Source of the DNA: Parachlamydiaceae bacterium | GTDB taxonomy: Bacteria; Chlamydiota; Chlamydiia; Chlamydiales; Parachlamydiaceae | DNA length: 24,000 nucleotides | Assembly: GCA_025451995.1 (NCBI GenBank) | Contig: JANWJE010000060.1 | Span: forward strand, 1 to 24,000 | Reading direction: 5' to 3' | Shown here: one piece after another, positions 16,681 through 24,000 of the stretch | Position numbering within the stretch: the stretch's first letter is position 1 | Layout: each line of letters begins with the position of its first letter | The notes under the pieces: model-generated | What the model saw: the letters and a program-made list of their open reading frames with translations, nothing else | Databases searched by the model: none | Told to the model about the DNA's origin: nothing | Position numbers and translations under genes: made by a program

Positions 16681-16869
16681 GCAATTAACCTTTGTTAAAT
16701 TTTCAATAGGTTTTTTATTGATACGAATGCTTGCAGATTTTTAAATTTATTTCAATAATTTTATTTAAAACCATTGTTTCAGCAGCGGTTTTTACTGATC
16801 ATTTTTTTTGGCGTAGAAAAGAGCATGGGCACGAGGAACAATTCTTCATCTATCTTTATATAAAAAAAG

Positions 16870-16877
16870 TGTATAAT
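16870..16877 (+). promoter_or_regulatory. Candidate extended -10 element (TGTATAAT) upstream of the HIT-HAD gene
   Basis: tgtataat lies 24 nt upstream of ATG 16901, with AAGGA between them. There is no good -35. Pattern only. Confidence 0.3.
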
Positions 16878-16900
16878 GTATCCTTTTTCTAAAGGAATAA

Positions 16901-18271
16901 ATGATGGTGTCTGGGACTATTTGGTCAAATGGAATTGTGAATTTTAATATTTGTGAAGGGATACCGAGCATTAATTTAACGGATGCTAAACCTTGGCATA
17001 AAGCTACAGAGGAAGAAATTTTATCGTTAGAATCTACAAGCCTAAAAATGCCATACCTAATTCGAGAAGTGTCAGGCATTCCGGACCATGCGATTTGGTC
17101 ATTGCGTAATCAGGAAATAGCTAAACTTATAATTATTTTTGGAAAGTCAAGTAGAAATGCGCCTTTATGTCTCGATGTAGCAAGAAAAGTTGCAATGATG
17201 CAGTTCGCCCTTCAAAAGGGAAGCTTTGAATTAATAAAAATTGACAATGAGACTATTGATGAATTAGCCACAAAAGCGCCGCTGATATTGGATGCACCGA
17301 TTTATGATTGTTCAATAGATTTGAGGAAATATGGATGGAAAAATATTCCACAAGCTATCAGTCTCCTTCAAAAAAGTGTGGCTCTCCCAGAATTATGGGA
17401 AAATCTTTGTGATGCTGATGAAGGGGCAATGGACCCTGCTTGTAAGGTCTTTTGTCATCCATCTATTATTGAAAAGCAACACATTGTATCAACAAAAAAT
17501 TTTCATGTGGTCACCAATGTGACTCCTTATGTTAATTTTCATGTAATGGTAATACCTAAAAAATGCATCAGAAAGTCAAATGAATATTCCAATGAGGAAC
17601 TGTTAGAGAAAAATAAAATAATTCAGAGACTCACATCAATTTTTCTACACCGTTTTAAAGTTCCTATGGTTGGAGCATTGACAAGATTGGGTAGTTTGGG
17701 AGGACAAACACAACCGCATTTACATCATCATATTTTGGGTTTTGATCCAAAGAAGGAACACTTTTGGGTAAGGAATTGGACGGCTGAACTTTTGCAAAAA
17801 GAGGCCTATGATACCGTTTACTTAGAGTCAAATAAACATTTACAATGCATTATCCCCCCTCTTTTTAAGAGAGTTAAAGTTGTAGTTTTTGATTTAGCCT
17901 CAAATTTAATTCAAGAGAGAATTTTGCATTATATCCATAGCTTAAAACACCAAAATTATCGAATTGGTCTTTTGTCAAATACACATGCTACACATTATGT
18001 TTTCAATAAAGAGAAGGCATTGATAGATATTTTTGATTTTGAAATTAATTCTCACCAAACTTCTTTAACAACACTCAATAGAGAGATTTTTGAGAATATC
18101 TGCAGCTTAACAGGTTTAGAGCCTGCTGCACATCTTTTGATTGATGATGTTGAAGAAAATATAGATGCAGCACATGAAATTGGATTTCATGGCATTTTGT
18201 ACAAAGAAGTTGTCATGACAATTGATAATATTGATGAATTGCTTAATAGCAATTCATTAGAAGATATCTAA
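16901..18271 (+). CDS. Three-part protein: unknown N-domain + HIT-family nucleotide hydrolase/transferase + HAD-like hydrolase
   Basis: HIT domain: CKVFCHPSII...FHVMVIPKK...GGQTQPHLHHHILG (histidine triad). HAD-like C-terminus: VVVFDLASNL (motif I with the second Asp replaced), GLLSNT, LLIDDVEENIDAAHEIGFHGI. No signal peptide. Confidence 0.7.
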   Translation: MMVSGTIWSNGIVNFNICEGIPSINLTDAKPWHKATEEEILSLESTSLKMPYLIREVSGIPDHAIWSLRNQEIAKLIIIFGKSSRNAPLCLDVARKVAMMQFALQKGSFELIKIDNETIDELATKAPLILDAPIYDCSIDLRKYGWKNIPQAISLLQKSVALPELWENLCDADEGAMDPACKVFCHPSIIEKQHIVSTKNFHVVTNVTPYVNFHVMVIPKKCIRKSNEYSNEELLEKNKIIQRLTSIFLHRFKVPMVGALTRLGSLGGQTQPHLHHHILGFDPKKEHFWVRNWTAELLQKEAYDTVYLESNKHLQCIIPPLFKRVKVVVFDLASNLIQERILHYIHSLKHQNYRIGLLSNTHATHYVFNKEKALIDIFDFEINSHQTSLTTLNREIFENICSLTGLEPAAHLLIDDVEENIDAAHEIGFHGILYKEVVMTIDNIDELLNSNSLEDI

Positions 18272-18547
18272 AAACAACTGTGCGAATTGAAAAATGCTTA
18301 GAATCAAAAATCTAACAAAAATCGTTGCATCAAAAAGTGGAACTTCCGTTGCAAGAAAGCGCTAAACTGTCGTTTTAGATTTATTCAAAAATTTTTTGTA
18401 AATATTGTAGAAAAAAACATTTGATATTGGCAAAATCTCGAAATTTAGCCTGAATAGAATAACCTGAATTTTGAGTTTATTTCACCCAATTTTTGAAAAA
18501 GTTATTTAAATTAATTTTATTTCTGTGATTTCAAGAAAGAGTATTTT

Positions 18548-19738
18548 GTGTTTAAAAGGATAATTTTTTCGTTAAGTTTGTTGGTGGAATTGACTTTATT
18601 TGCTATTGGCAATGGACCGATTGTGCTCATTGTTGGTACCCGACCGGAAGCAATTAAAGTCATTCCTGTTTATCAAGTGCTAAAATCGGCAGGTTTGCCG
18701 GCGGTGCTTTGTTCTACAGGTCAACATAAAGAACTCCTAGATGATATTTGGGAAATTTTTAATATTAAGCCGGATTTCGATTTTAAGATTATGAAACATA
18801 GTCAAGATCTCTTTTATATCACTGAAGAGGTTATGAGAAAGTCACGCGATGTTTTTGAAAAAATTAAACCCTCACTAGTCATCGTTCAAGGAGATACAAC
18901 AACAGCAATTAGTGCTGCGCTTTCTGCTTTTTATCTGCAAATTCCTGTTGGTCATATTGAAGCTGGTTTGAGAACTGGTAATATTTATGCCCCTTTTCCA
19001 GAAGAACTCAATCGCACGATTATTAGCCGCATTGCTGTTTTAAATTTTGCTCCAACTGAATTTGCTGCTTCAAAACTTCGAAATGAAGGAATAAAGGAAG
19101 ATACAATTTATGTTACCGGAAATACAGTTGTAGATGCCCTTTACTTTATCCGTGACATGATTTCGCTGCGATTAATCAACCCTTCTCCAGCAATAGTCGA
19201 TTTGATACAAAATATAAGGCGAGATCAAGGAGAAATCATGCTCTTAACTGCTCACCGAAGAGAGAGTTTTCAAAAAAGTCTTAAAAAAATTTTTACTGCT
19301 ATAAAGTATTCTTTGATGCAACATCCAAGTCTTCATGTGATTTATCCCATGCATCCCAACCCCATCATAAGAAAAATATTTAATGAGGTGTTTATTGAAC
19401 CAAATGAGCGAATCATTATCCTACAACCACTTCCTTATCAAGAACTAGTTTATTTATTAGATAGGGTTGATGGCGTTGCAACTGATTCTGGTGGAATACA
19501 AGAGGAGGCGATTAGTTTAAATAAAATGACTTTAGTGCTGAGAAATGAAACAGATCGTCCAGAAGGTGTTTTTACAGGAATAGCGACGCTTGTTGGTGAT
19601 GATGAGGATAAAATTATTTCAGGGATCGAACAAATATTCAATATAAAGTCATCACAAATGCAAGGTTCACCCTATGGCGATGGAAATGCAAGTCAAAAAA
19701 TCAAAGAAGTAATTCAAACTTTTTATGAAGGATTATAA
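18548..19738 (+). CDS. wecB: UDP-N-acetylglucosamine 2-epimerase (non-hydrolysing type, WecB/MnaA family)
   Basis: LIVGTRPEAIKV, STGQHKELLD, VIVQGDTTTA, VGHIEAGLRTGN..PFPEE.NR, YVTGNTVVDAL, TDSGGIQEE. The GTG 18548 start (purine-rich aagaaagag upstream) adds the hydrophobic VFKRIIFSLSLLVELTLFAIG. An internal GTG at 18617 (M-LIVGTRPE) would remove it. Confidence 0.88.
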   Translation: MFKRIIFSLSLLVELTLFAIGNGPIVLIVGTRPEAIKVIPVYQVLKSAGLPAVLCSTGQHKELLDDIWEIFNIKPDFDFKIMKHSQDLFYITEEVMRKSRDVFEKIKPSLVIVQGDTTTAISAALSAFYLQIPVGHIEAGLRTGNIYAPFPEELNRTIISRIAVLNFAPTEFAASKLRNEGIKEDTIYVTGNTVVDALYFIRDMISLRLINPSPAIVDLIQNIRRDQGEIMLLTAHRRESFQKSLKKIFTAIKYSLMQHPSLHVIYPMHPNPIIRKIFNEVFIEPNERIIILQPLPYQELVYLLDRVDGVATDSGGIQEEAISLNKMTLVLRNETDRPEGVFTGIATLVGDDEDKIISGIEQIFNIKSSQMQGSPYGDGNASQKIKEVIQTFYEGL

Positions 19739-19744
19739 AAGGAA

Positions 19745-21313
19745 ATGAAAGTAAAATATTTGCTATTTTTATTTTGTTTAACAGCATTTTTGCCACTTTT
19801 TTCAGAGGGTAATAAAAGGGTATTAATTGGTTCACCTATTCGTCAAAAGCCTGCAATTTTGCATGAATTTCTCGAATCTTTAAAACGTCTTGAACAAGAA
19901 GGATATGAAGCTGATTATTTTTTTATTGATGATAATGATGTAGCTGATTCTACATATGAACTTATTGATTTTGCCGACCAATGTGATAAAAATTGCATCA
20001 TTTTAAATCCCGAAGCACAAGTTGATAGAATTCCTTATACATGCAATGAAAATACACACTACTGGAGCGATGCTAACATTTGGAAAGTTGCAGCTTTTAA
20101 AGATACAATCATAGAACATGCGATTGACAAAGAATATGACTATTTATTTTTAATCGATTCAGACATTGTCCTTCACCCAAGAACTATTGTACAACTTATT
20201 GCAACAGAAAAAGATGTTGTTTCAAATATTTTTTGGACATCTTGGCAAAATGGTGCGATAGAACAACCTCAAGTATGGTTATTTGATGAATATACCCAAT
20301 ATCAGGTAATTCCAGGAAATACTATAACTGATGAAATCAAGCGTGAACAAGTGCTTGCGTTTTATCATCAATTAAGGGTGCCCGGCACATATGAAGTTGG
20401 AGGACTTGGGGCTTGTACATTGATTAGCCGCAATGCTTTAACAAAAGGGGCTCGATTTAAAAAAATTTCAAATCTTACTTTTTGGGGAGAAGATCGTCAT
20501 TTTTGTATCCGCGCAGCAGCTTTGGGGCTTTCTCTTTTTGTAGATACCCATTTTCCGGCTTATCATATCTATCGCGAATCAAATTTAATTGGGGTTCCGG
20601 ATTTTATAGCAAACTTTAAACCTCGTGTGACACTTTCGATGGTTGTAAAAAATGAAGCTGATCGATATTTAAGAGAGGTTCTTAGCCATGCCAAAGAATG
20701 CATTACTGATGCAGTGATCATTGATGATTGTAGCGAGGATAATACAATAGAAGTATGTAGGGAAATTCTAAAAGGAATTCCTTTAAAATTAATCCAAAAC
20801 AATCAATCACTTTTCTCAAATGAAGTTAACCTAAGAAAACTCCAATTCGAAGAAACGCTAAAAACTAATCCGGATTGGATTTTGGTACTAGATGCTGATG
20901 AAATATTTGAAGAAAAATTTAAAAGTGAAATTCATAAATTGATATCTAATAAAAATGCGGAAGTTTATTGCTTTAGATTGTATGATTTTTGGGATCAAAA
21001 CCATTATCGTGAAGATACATATTGGCGTGGACATTTAACATATCGTCCATTTCTATTGCGGAACAAATGCGATATAGAATGGACTTGGCTGGAATCGCCC
21101 CAACATTGTGGACGCCTACCTCAAAATATTATTTCTATTCCATGGATTCAATCTCACATGCGTTTGAAACATTTTGGATGGGCAAAAGAAGAAGATCGAA
21201 TTGCAAAATATCAGCGTTATTTGGAATTAGATCCTGGATTTAAATATGGGTGGAAAGAACAATATGAGTCTATAAATGATAAAGAACCAAATCTTATTGA
21301 GTGGGTTGAATAG
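19745..21313 (+). CDS. Two-domain glycosyltransferase with signal peptide (N-terminal GT-A domain with Anp1/Mnn9-like motifs + C-terminal GT2 domain)
   Basis: Signal peptide MKVKYLLFLFCLTAFLPLFSEG. Domain 1: DYFFIDDND...YLFLIDSDIVLHPRTIVQLIATEKDVVSNIFWTSW...GEDRHFCIRA. Domain 2: VTLSMVVKNEADRYLREVL..AVIIDDCSEDNT..WILVLDADEIFEE, paralogous to the GT2 core of 12328..13578. It starts 6 nt after the wecB stop, with an AAAGGA RBS. Confidence 0.78.
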   Translation: MKVKYLLFLFCLTAFLPLFSEGNKRVLIGSPIRQKPAILHEFLESLKRLEQEGYEADYFFIDDNDVADSTYELIDFADQCDKNCIILNPEAQVDRIPYTCNENTHYWSDANIWKVAAFKDTIIEHAIDKEYDYLFLIDSDIVLHPRTIVQLIATEKDVVSNIFWTSWQNGAIEQPQVWLFDEYTQYQVIPGNTITDEIKREQVLAFYHQLRVPGTYEVGGLGACTLISRNALTKGARFKKISNLTFWGEDRHFCIRAAALGLSLFVDTHFPAYHIYRESNLIGVPDFIANFKPRVTLSMVVKNEADRYLREVLSHAKECITDAVIIDDCSEDNTIEVCREILKGIPLKLIQNNQSLFSNEVNLRKLQFEETLKTNPDWILVLDADEIFEEKFKSEIHKLISNKNAEVYCFRLYDFWDQNHYREDTYWRGHLTYRPFLLRNKCDIEWTWLESPQHCGRLPQNIISIPWIQSHMRLKHFGWAKEEDRIAKYQRYLELDPGFKYGWKEQYESINDKEPNLIEWVE

Positions 21314-21318
21314 ACATT

Positions 21319-21364
21319 TTGCATCATTCGCTTTGTTTGCTAAAATGAGAGATTTTTTGGATGG
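21319..21364 (+). repeat. Copy B of the roughly 46-nt dispersed repeat (partner 5775..5820), at the right edge of the glycosylation island
   Basis: ttgcatcattcgctttgtttg is an identical 21-mer in both copies, and the downstream 25 nt are similar. Copy B begins 6 nt after the glycosyltransferase stop. Confidence 0.7.
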
Positions 21365-21440
21365 ATTTATTGCCAAATTGTGAGAGCATATTGAGTTTAA
21401 TATGGTCGAAAAATTTGGCAATAAAGAGGCCAAAAAGATC
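21352..21440. repeat. Imperfect AT-rich palindrome between the glycosyltransferase and uvrD
   Basis: Perfect 13-bp arms ttattgccaaatt (21367-21379) / aatttggcaataa (21412-21424) with a 32-nt spacer. The arms extend imperfectly (about 22/28) to about 21352 and 21440. This symmetry explains why the plus- and minus-strand pseudo-ORFs here look alike. Confidence 0.6.
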
Positions 21441-21512
21441 CATTTTAACAAGCAAATGGAATGATGCAAGATGTCTAATAAAGAGTGTGATTAAGGTAAA
21501 GCAATAAATTGA

Positions 21513-23504
21513 ATGTCTATTTATCATGAGCTTAAATTATTAAATCTCAAACAGTCTGAAGCTGTTAAGAGTGTAGATGGTAGAATTCTCATCTTGGCTG
21601 GTGCTGGAAGCGGTAAAACCAAAGTGCTCACCTTGCGCATGGCCTATCTCATTAAAGAAAAAAATATTTCACCTAAAGCGATCCTTGGTCTCACCTTCAC
21701 TAATAAAGCTGCGGCTGAAATGCGTCAACGCTTGGCCCATTTGATCGACGCTGAAGCTGCTAAACAGGTGACTTTGTCTACTTTTCATAGTTTTTGCATG
21801 CAGATTTTACGCCAAGAAATTCATCATCTTGGCTACACCAAAGAATTTAGCTTGTACGATGAACAAGATGTCCAACGGCTGATTCATCTGATTGTGAGAG
21901 ATATTTTACAGCATGATGGCGAGCTTCCCTCTTTATCCTCGACACTTTCAGCTATTCAACGGGCGAGAAATCAGGGATTAACCCCTGAGCAGCTCAATGA
22001 AGAAAATTGGCATGATGGGTTTGCAAAAGAAGTGTATCGAAGACTTCAAGCGAGCATGAGGGCCTATAACGCGGTCGATTTTGATAATTTACTTGGATTG
22101 AGCGTCGAATTATTCGAAAAATTTCCCGCTGTTTTAGAGAGATTCCAAAATCGCTATCACTACATCATGATTGATGAATACCAAGATACGAATCCCATTC
22201 AATATCGCCTAGCTTCCCTATTAGCTTCAAAACATCAGAACTTATGCGTTGTCGGAGATGATGATCAATCCATTTATGGTTGGCGCGGCGCCGATTTAAA
22301 AAATATATTGCTCTTTGAACAAGCACAATTGATTAAACTTGAGCAGAATTACCGGTCGACGAATTCTATTTTAAAAGCGGCCAATGCTGTCATTCAGAAT
22401 AATCAACAGAGACACCATAAATCGCTCTGGAGTGAAAAAGGAGAAGGAGAAGAGATAGAGGTTTTTCACGCGCCTAATGAACAAGATGAAGCAGAGGCCA
22501 TTGTGAAAAGAATGGTTCAATTAAAAGAGACAAAGGGGCTGAAATGGCGCGACATGGCCATTCTTTATCGCTCAAACGCCTTATCAAGACAATTTGAAAT
22601 CGCCTTAATGAGACAGACTTGGAGAAAAGGGGAGACCTGGGTGCAAGGAATTCCCTATGAAGTTGTCGGCGGGCAAGAATTTTATGAAAGAAGAGAGGTC
22701 AAGGACCTCTGCGCCTATCTTCGTTTAATCGTCAATCCAGCAGATGAGGAAGCGCTCCTTCGCATCGTCAATCAGCCACGCCGGGGGATTGGGGAAGAAA
22801 CTTTAGATCGGTTAACCGAATTTAATAGAAAAAATCACCGCCCCCTTTGGGAAGTGCTCAGTGGAGTTGTGAGGCGCGACCAAGAATTAATGGATTTATG
22901 CCTCTGTGCGAAAGCCTTTCGGGGGATAGAGGATTTTGTGATGTCCATTGAAGAGGCAAAAGAAAAATTCGAACACTCTCCCATCGATGAAACTGTCAAA
23001 TGGTTGATCGCAAGAATTGATTATCAAAGAGCGATTAAAGAAGAGGTGAAAAGTGAACAGATGCGCAATTTTAAAATGGAAAATGTGATGGAATTTGTGA
23101 ATTCTTTTTCCGAAATTAAAAAAGGTGAAGGGGATTCTTTAGCTAACATTCTTGCAGATTTGGCTTTAAACCAGCAATTGTTACAAAAAAATAGAAACAA
23201 GGGAGGGGAAGACCGCGTGAATTTGATGACATTTCATGGGGCTAAAGGTTTGGAATTTCCCGCTTGTTTTCTTGTGGGTCTAGAAGATCACATTATCCCC
23301 CATGAGAAAAGCCTTAAGGAAACCGGTTTGGAAGAGGAGAGGCGCCTCATGTATGTCGCAATCACGAGAGCGCGTCAATATCTTACGCTAAGCATGGCTC
23401 AAAAAAGAAAAAGAATGGGCAAGGAAGAGCAGAGTCGTCCCTCGAGATTCCTACATGAAATCCCAAGGGAATTGCTTCGAATCACCGATTGGAAATTTTT
23501 TTAA
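21513..23504 (+). CDS. uvrD: ATP-dependent DNA helicase, UvrD/PcrA/Rep family (SF1A)
   Basis: LNLKQSEAV, ILAGAGSGKTKVLT (motif I), TFHSFC, IMIDEYQDTN (II), VVGDDDQSIYGWRGA (III), QNYRST, TFHGAKGLEF, MYVAITRARQ (VI). Confidence 0.92.
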   Translation: MSIYHELKLLNLKQSEAVKSVDGRILILAGAGSGKTKVLTLRMAYLIKEKNISPKAILGLTFTNKAAAEMRQRLAHLIDAEAAKQVTLSTFHSFCMQILRQEIHHLGYTKEFSLYDEQDVQRLIHLIVRDILQHDGELPSLSSTLSAIQRARNQGLTPEQLNEENWHDGFAKEVYRRLQASMRAYNAVDFDNLLGLSVELFEKFPAVLERFQNRYHYIMIDEYQDTNPIQYRLASLLASKHQNLCVVGDDDQSIYGWRGADLKNILLFEQAQLIKLEQNYRSTNSILKAANAVIQNNQQRHHKSLWSEKGEGEEIEVFHAPNEQDEAEAIVKRMVQLKETKGLKWRDMAILYRSNALSRQFEIALMRQTWRKGETWVQGIPYEVVGGQEFYERREVKDLCAYLRLIVNPADEEALLRIVNQPRRGIGEETLDRLTEFNRKNHRPLWEVLSGVVRRDQELMDLCLCAKAFRGIEDFVMSIEEAKEKFEHSPIDETVKWLIARIDYQRAIKEEVKSEQMRNFKMENVMEFVNSFSEIKKGEGDSLANILADLALNQQLLQKNRNKGGEDRVNLMTFHGAKGLEFPACFLVGLEDHIIPHEKSLKETGLEEERRLMYVAITRARQYLTLSMAQKRKRMGKEEQSRPSRFLHEIPRELLRITDWKFF

Positions 23505-23533
23505 TTAAAGTAAGTTTAAAAAAGGATTTTTTG

Positions 23534-23986
23534 ATGAATATTAGTAATTACTTTGAAACTATTGCACTTCCCAAAAGTCGTTTGAGTGGAGAACTCGTTG
23601 AGGAAGGTGATATTTTGGCAGGATCTTATGTTGTAAAGGTAAAAATCGTAAAAACAAAGTTTCATTATCCGAATCTTAGAGAAGAAATAATTATTGATAT
23701 TGCCAATAATCAAGTTGTTAGGGTGCGCGAAATGGTAGCTGATCATTTTTCATTTTATCTAACAACTAAAGAAAAAGAACAATTTTGTGAAAAAGTAAAA
23801 GATGACGACATCACCGGTGAACTAATCAGTAGATATGAAACGACTGCCGGTGATAGAAAAGTACATGTCTGTAGACTTACTATTAAACCAACAGTCGGTT
23901 CTTTGCCTAGAATTATCAAAAAAGTGAATGATCAATTTCCGGGAGCGACCGCTGAACCAGATTATATCACCCTGAGTTGCGCATAG
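23534..23986 (+). CDS. Hypothetical protein (no family recognised)
   Basis: The start is set at ATG 23534 (MNISNYFE) with AAGGA upstream. The track TTG 23489 would overlap uvrD. Coding-like composition only. Confidence 0.45.
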   Translation: MNISNYFETIALPKSRLSGELVEEGDILAGSYVVKVKIVKTKFHYPNLREEIIIDIANNQVVRVREMVADHFSFYLTTKEKEQFCEKVKDDDITGELISRYETTAGDRKVHVCRLTIKPTVGSLPRIIKKVNDQFPGATAEPDYITLSCA

Positions 23987-24000
23987 GTTGATTGATCTTT

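Noticed and set aside
18295-18366. Short ORF MLRIKNLTKIVASKSGTSVARKR, reminiscent of ABC-ATPase N-termini
   Set aside because: Only 23 codons, the similarity is limited to about 8 residues, and no Walker motif follows in any frame.
21227-21527. Minus-strand track ORFs 21227..21469 and 21324..21527 in the GT-uvrD gap
   Set aside because: They overlap each other, the GT 3' end and the uvrD start. Their sequence mirrors a plus-strand pseudo-ORF because the DNA is palindromic. There is no RBS and no domain.

Overview
The window looks like a low-GC bacterial chromosome, most consistent with an amoeba-associated, Chlamydia-like organism. This guess rests on the divergent rnpA-rpmH / rpmJ-rpsN arrangement, which I recall from Chlamydia trachomatis. 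All family calls come from motif recognition by eye, with no BLAST or HMM.

Layout:
- 1-3285 (-): a tightly overlapping housekeeping operon, nusB-murB-PHP phosphoesterase-folC. folC is missing from the ORF track because it runs off the window.
- 3306-4584: two small unknown genes bracketed by two 94%-identical copies of a 169-nt hairpin element.
- 4597-9125: a DEDDh exonuclease, a YtqB/MnmM methyltransferase, a NadB-like flavoprotein with substituted catalytic residues, an Asp23/AmaP-like pair and a GYF_2 membrane protein.
- 9337-10583: rpsN and rpmJ (-), rpmH and rnpA (+). rpmJ and rpmH are too short for the ORF track and were found by hand translation.
- 10556-12130 (-): an ADP-ribosylglycohydrolase with an Inc-like hydrophobic N-terminus.
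- About 12.2-21.3 kb: the most interesting part, an AT-richer accessory island.
- 21513-23986 (+): UvrD/PcrA helicase and a small unknown gene.

The island carries a secreted collagen-like protein whose C-terminal Gly-x-Thr tract resembles glycosylated BclA-type fibres. Around it sit a GT2-TPR glycosyltransferase, two SAM methyltransferases, a HIT-HAD fusion, UDP-GlcNAc 2-epimerase and a two-domain glycosyltransferase. Five of these six enzymes carry N-terminal signal/anchor peptides, which is unexpected for nucleotide-sugar and SAM enzymes. An IS91-like transposase relic sits at the left island edge.

Intergenic regions are rich in unrelated long imperfect palindromes, three of them 166-169 nt. 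No tRNA, rRNA or CRISPR array was seen.
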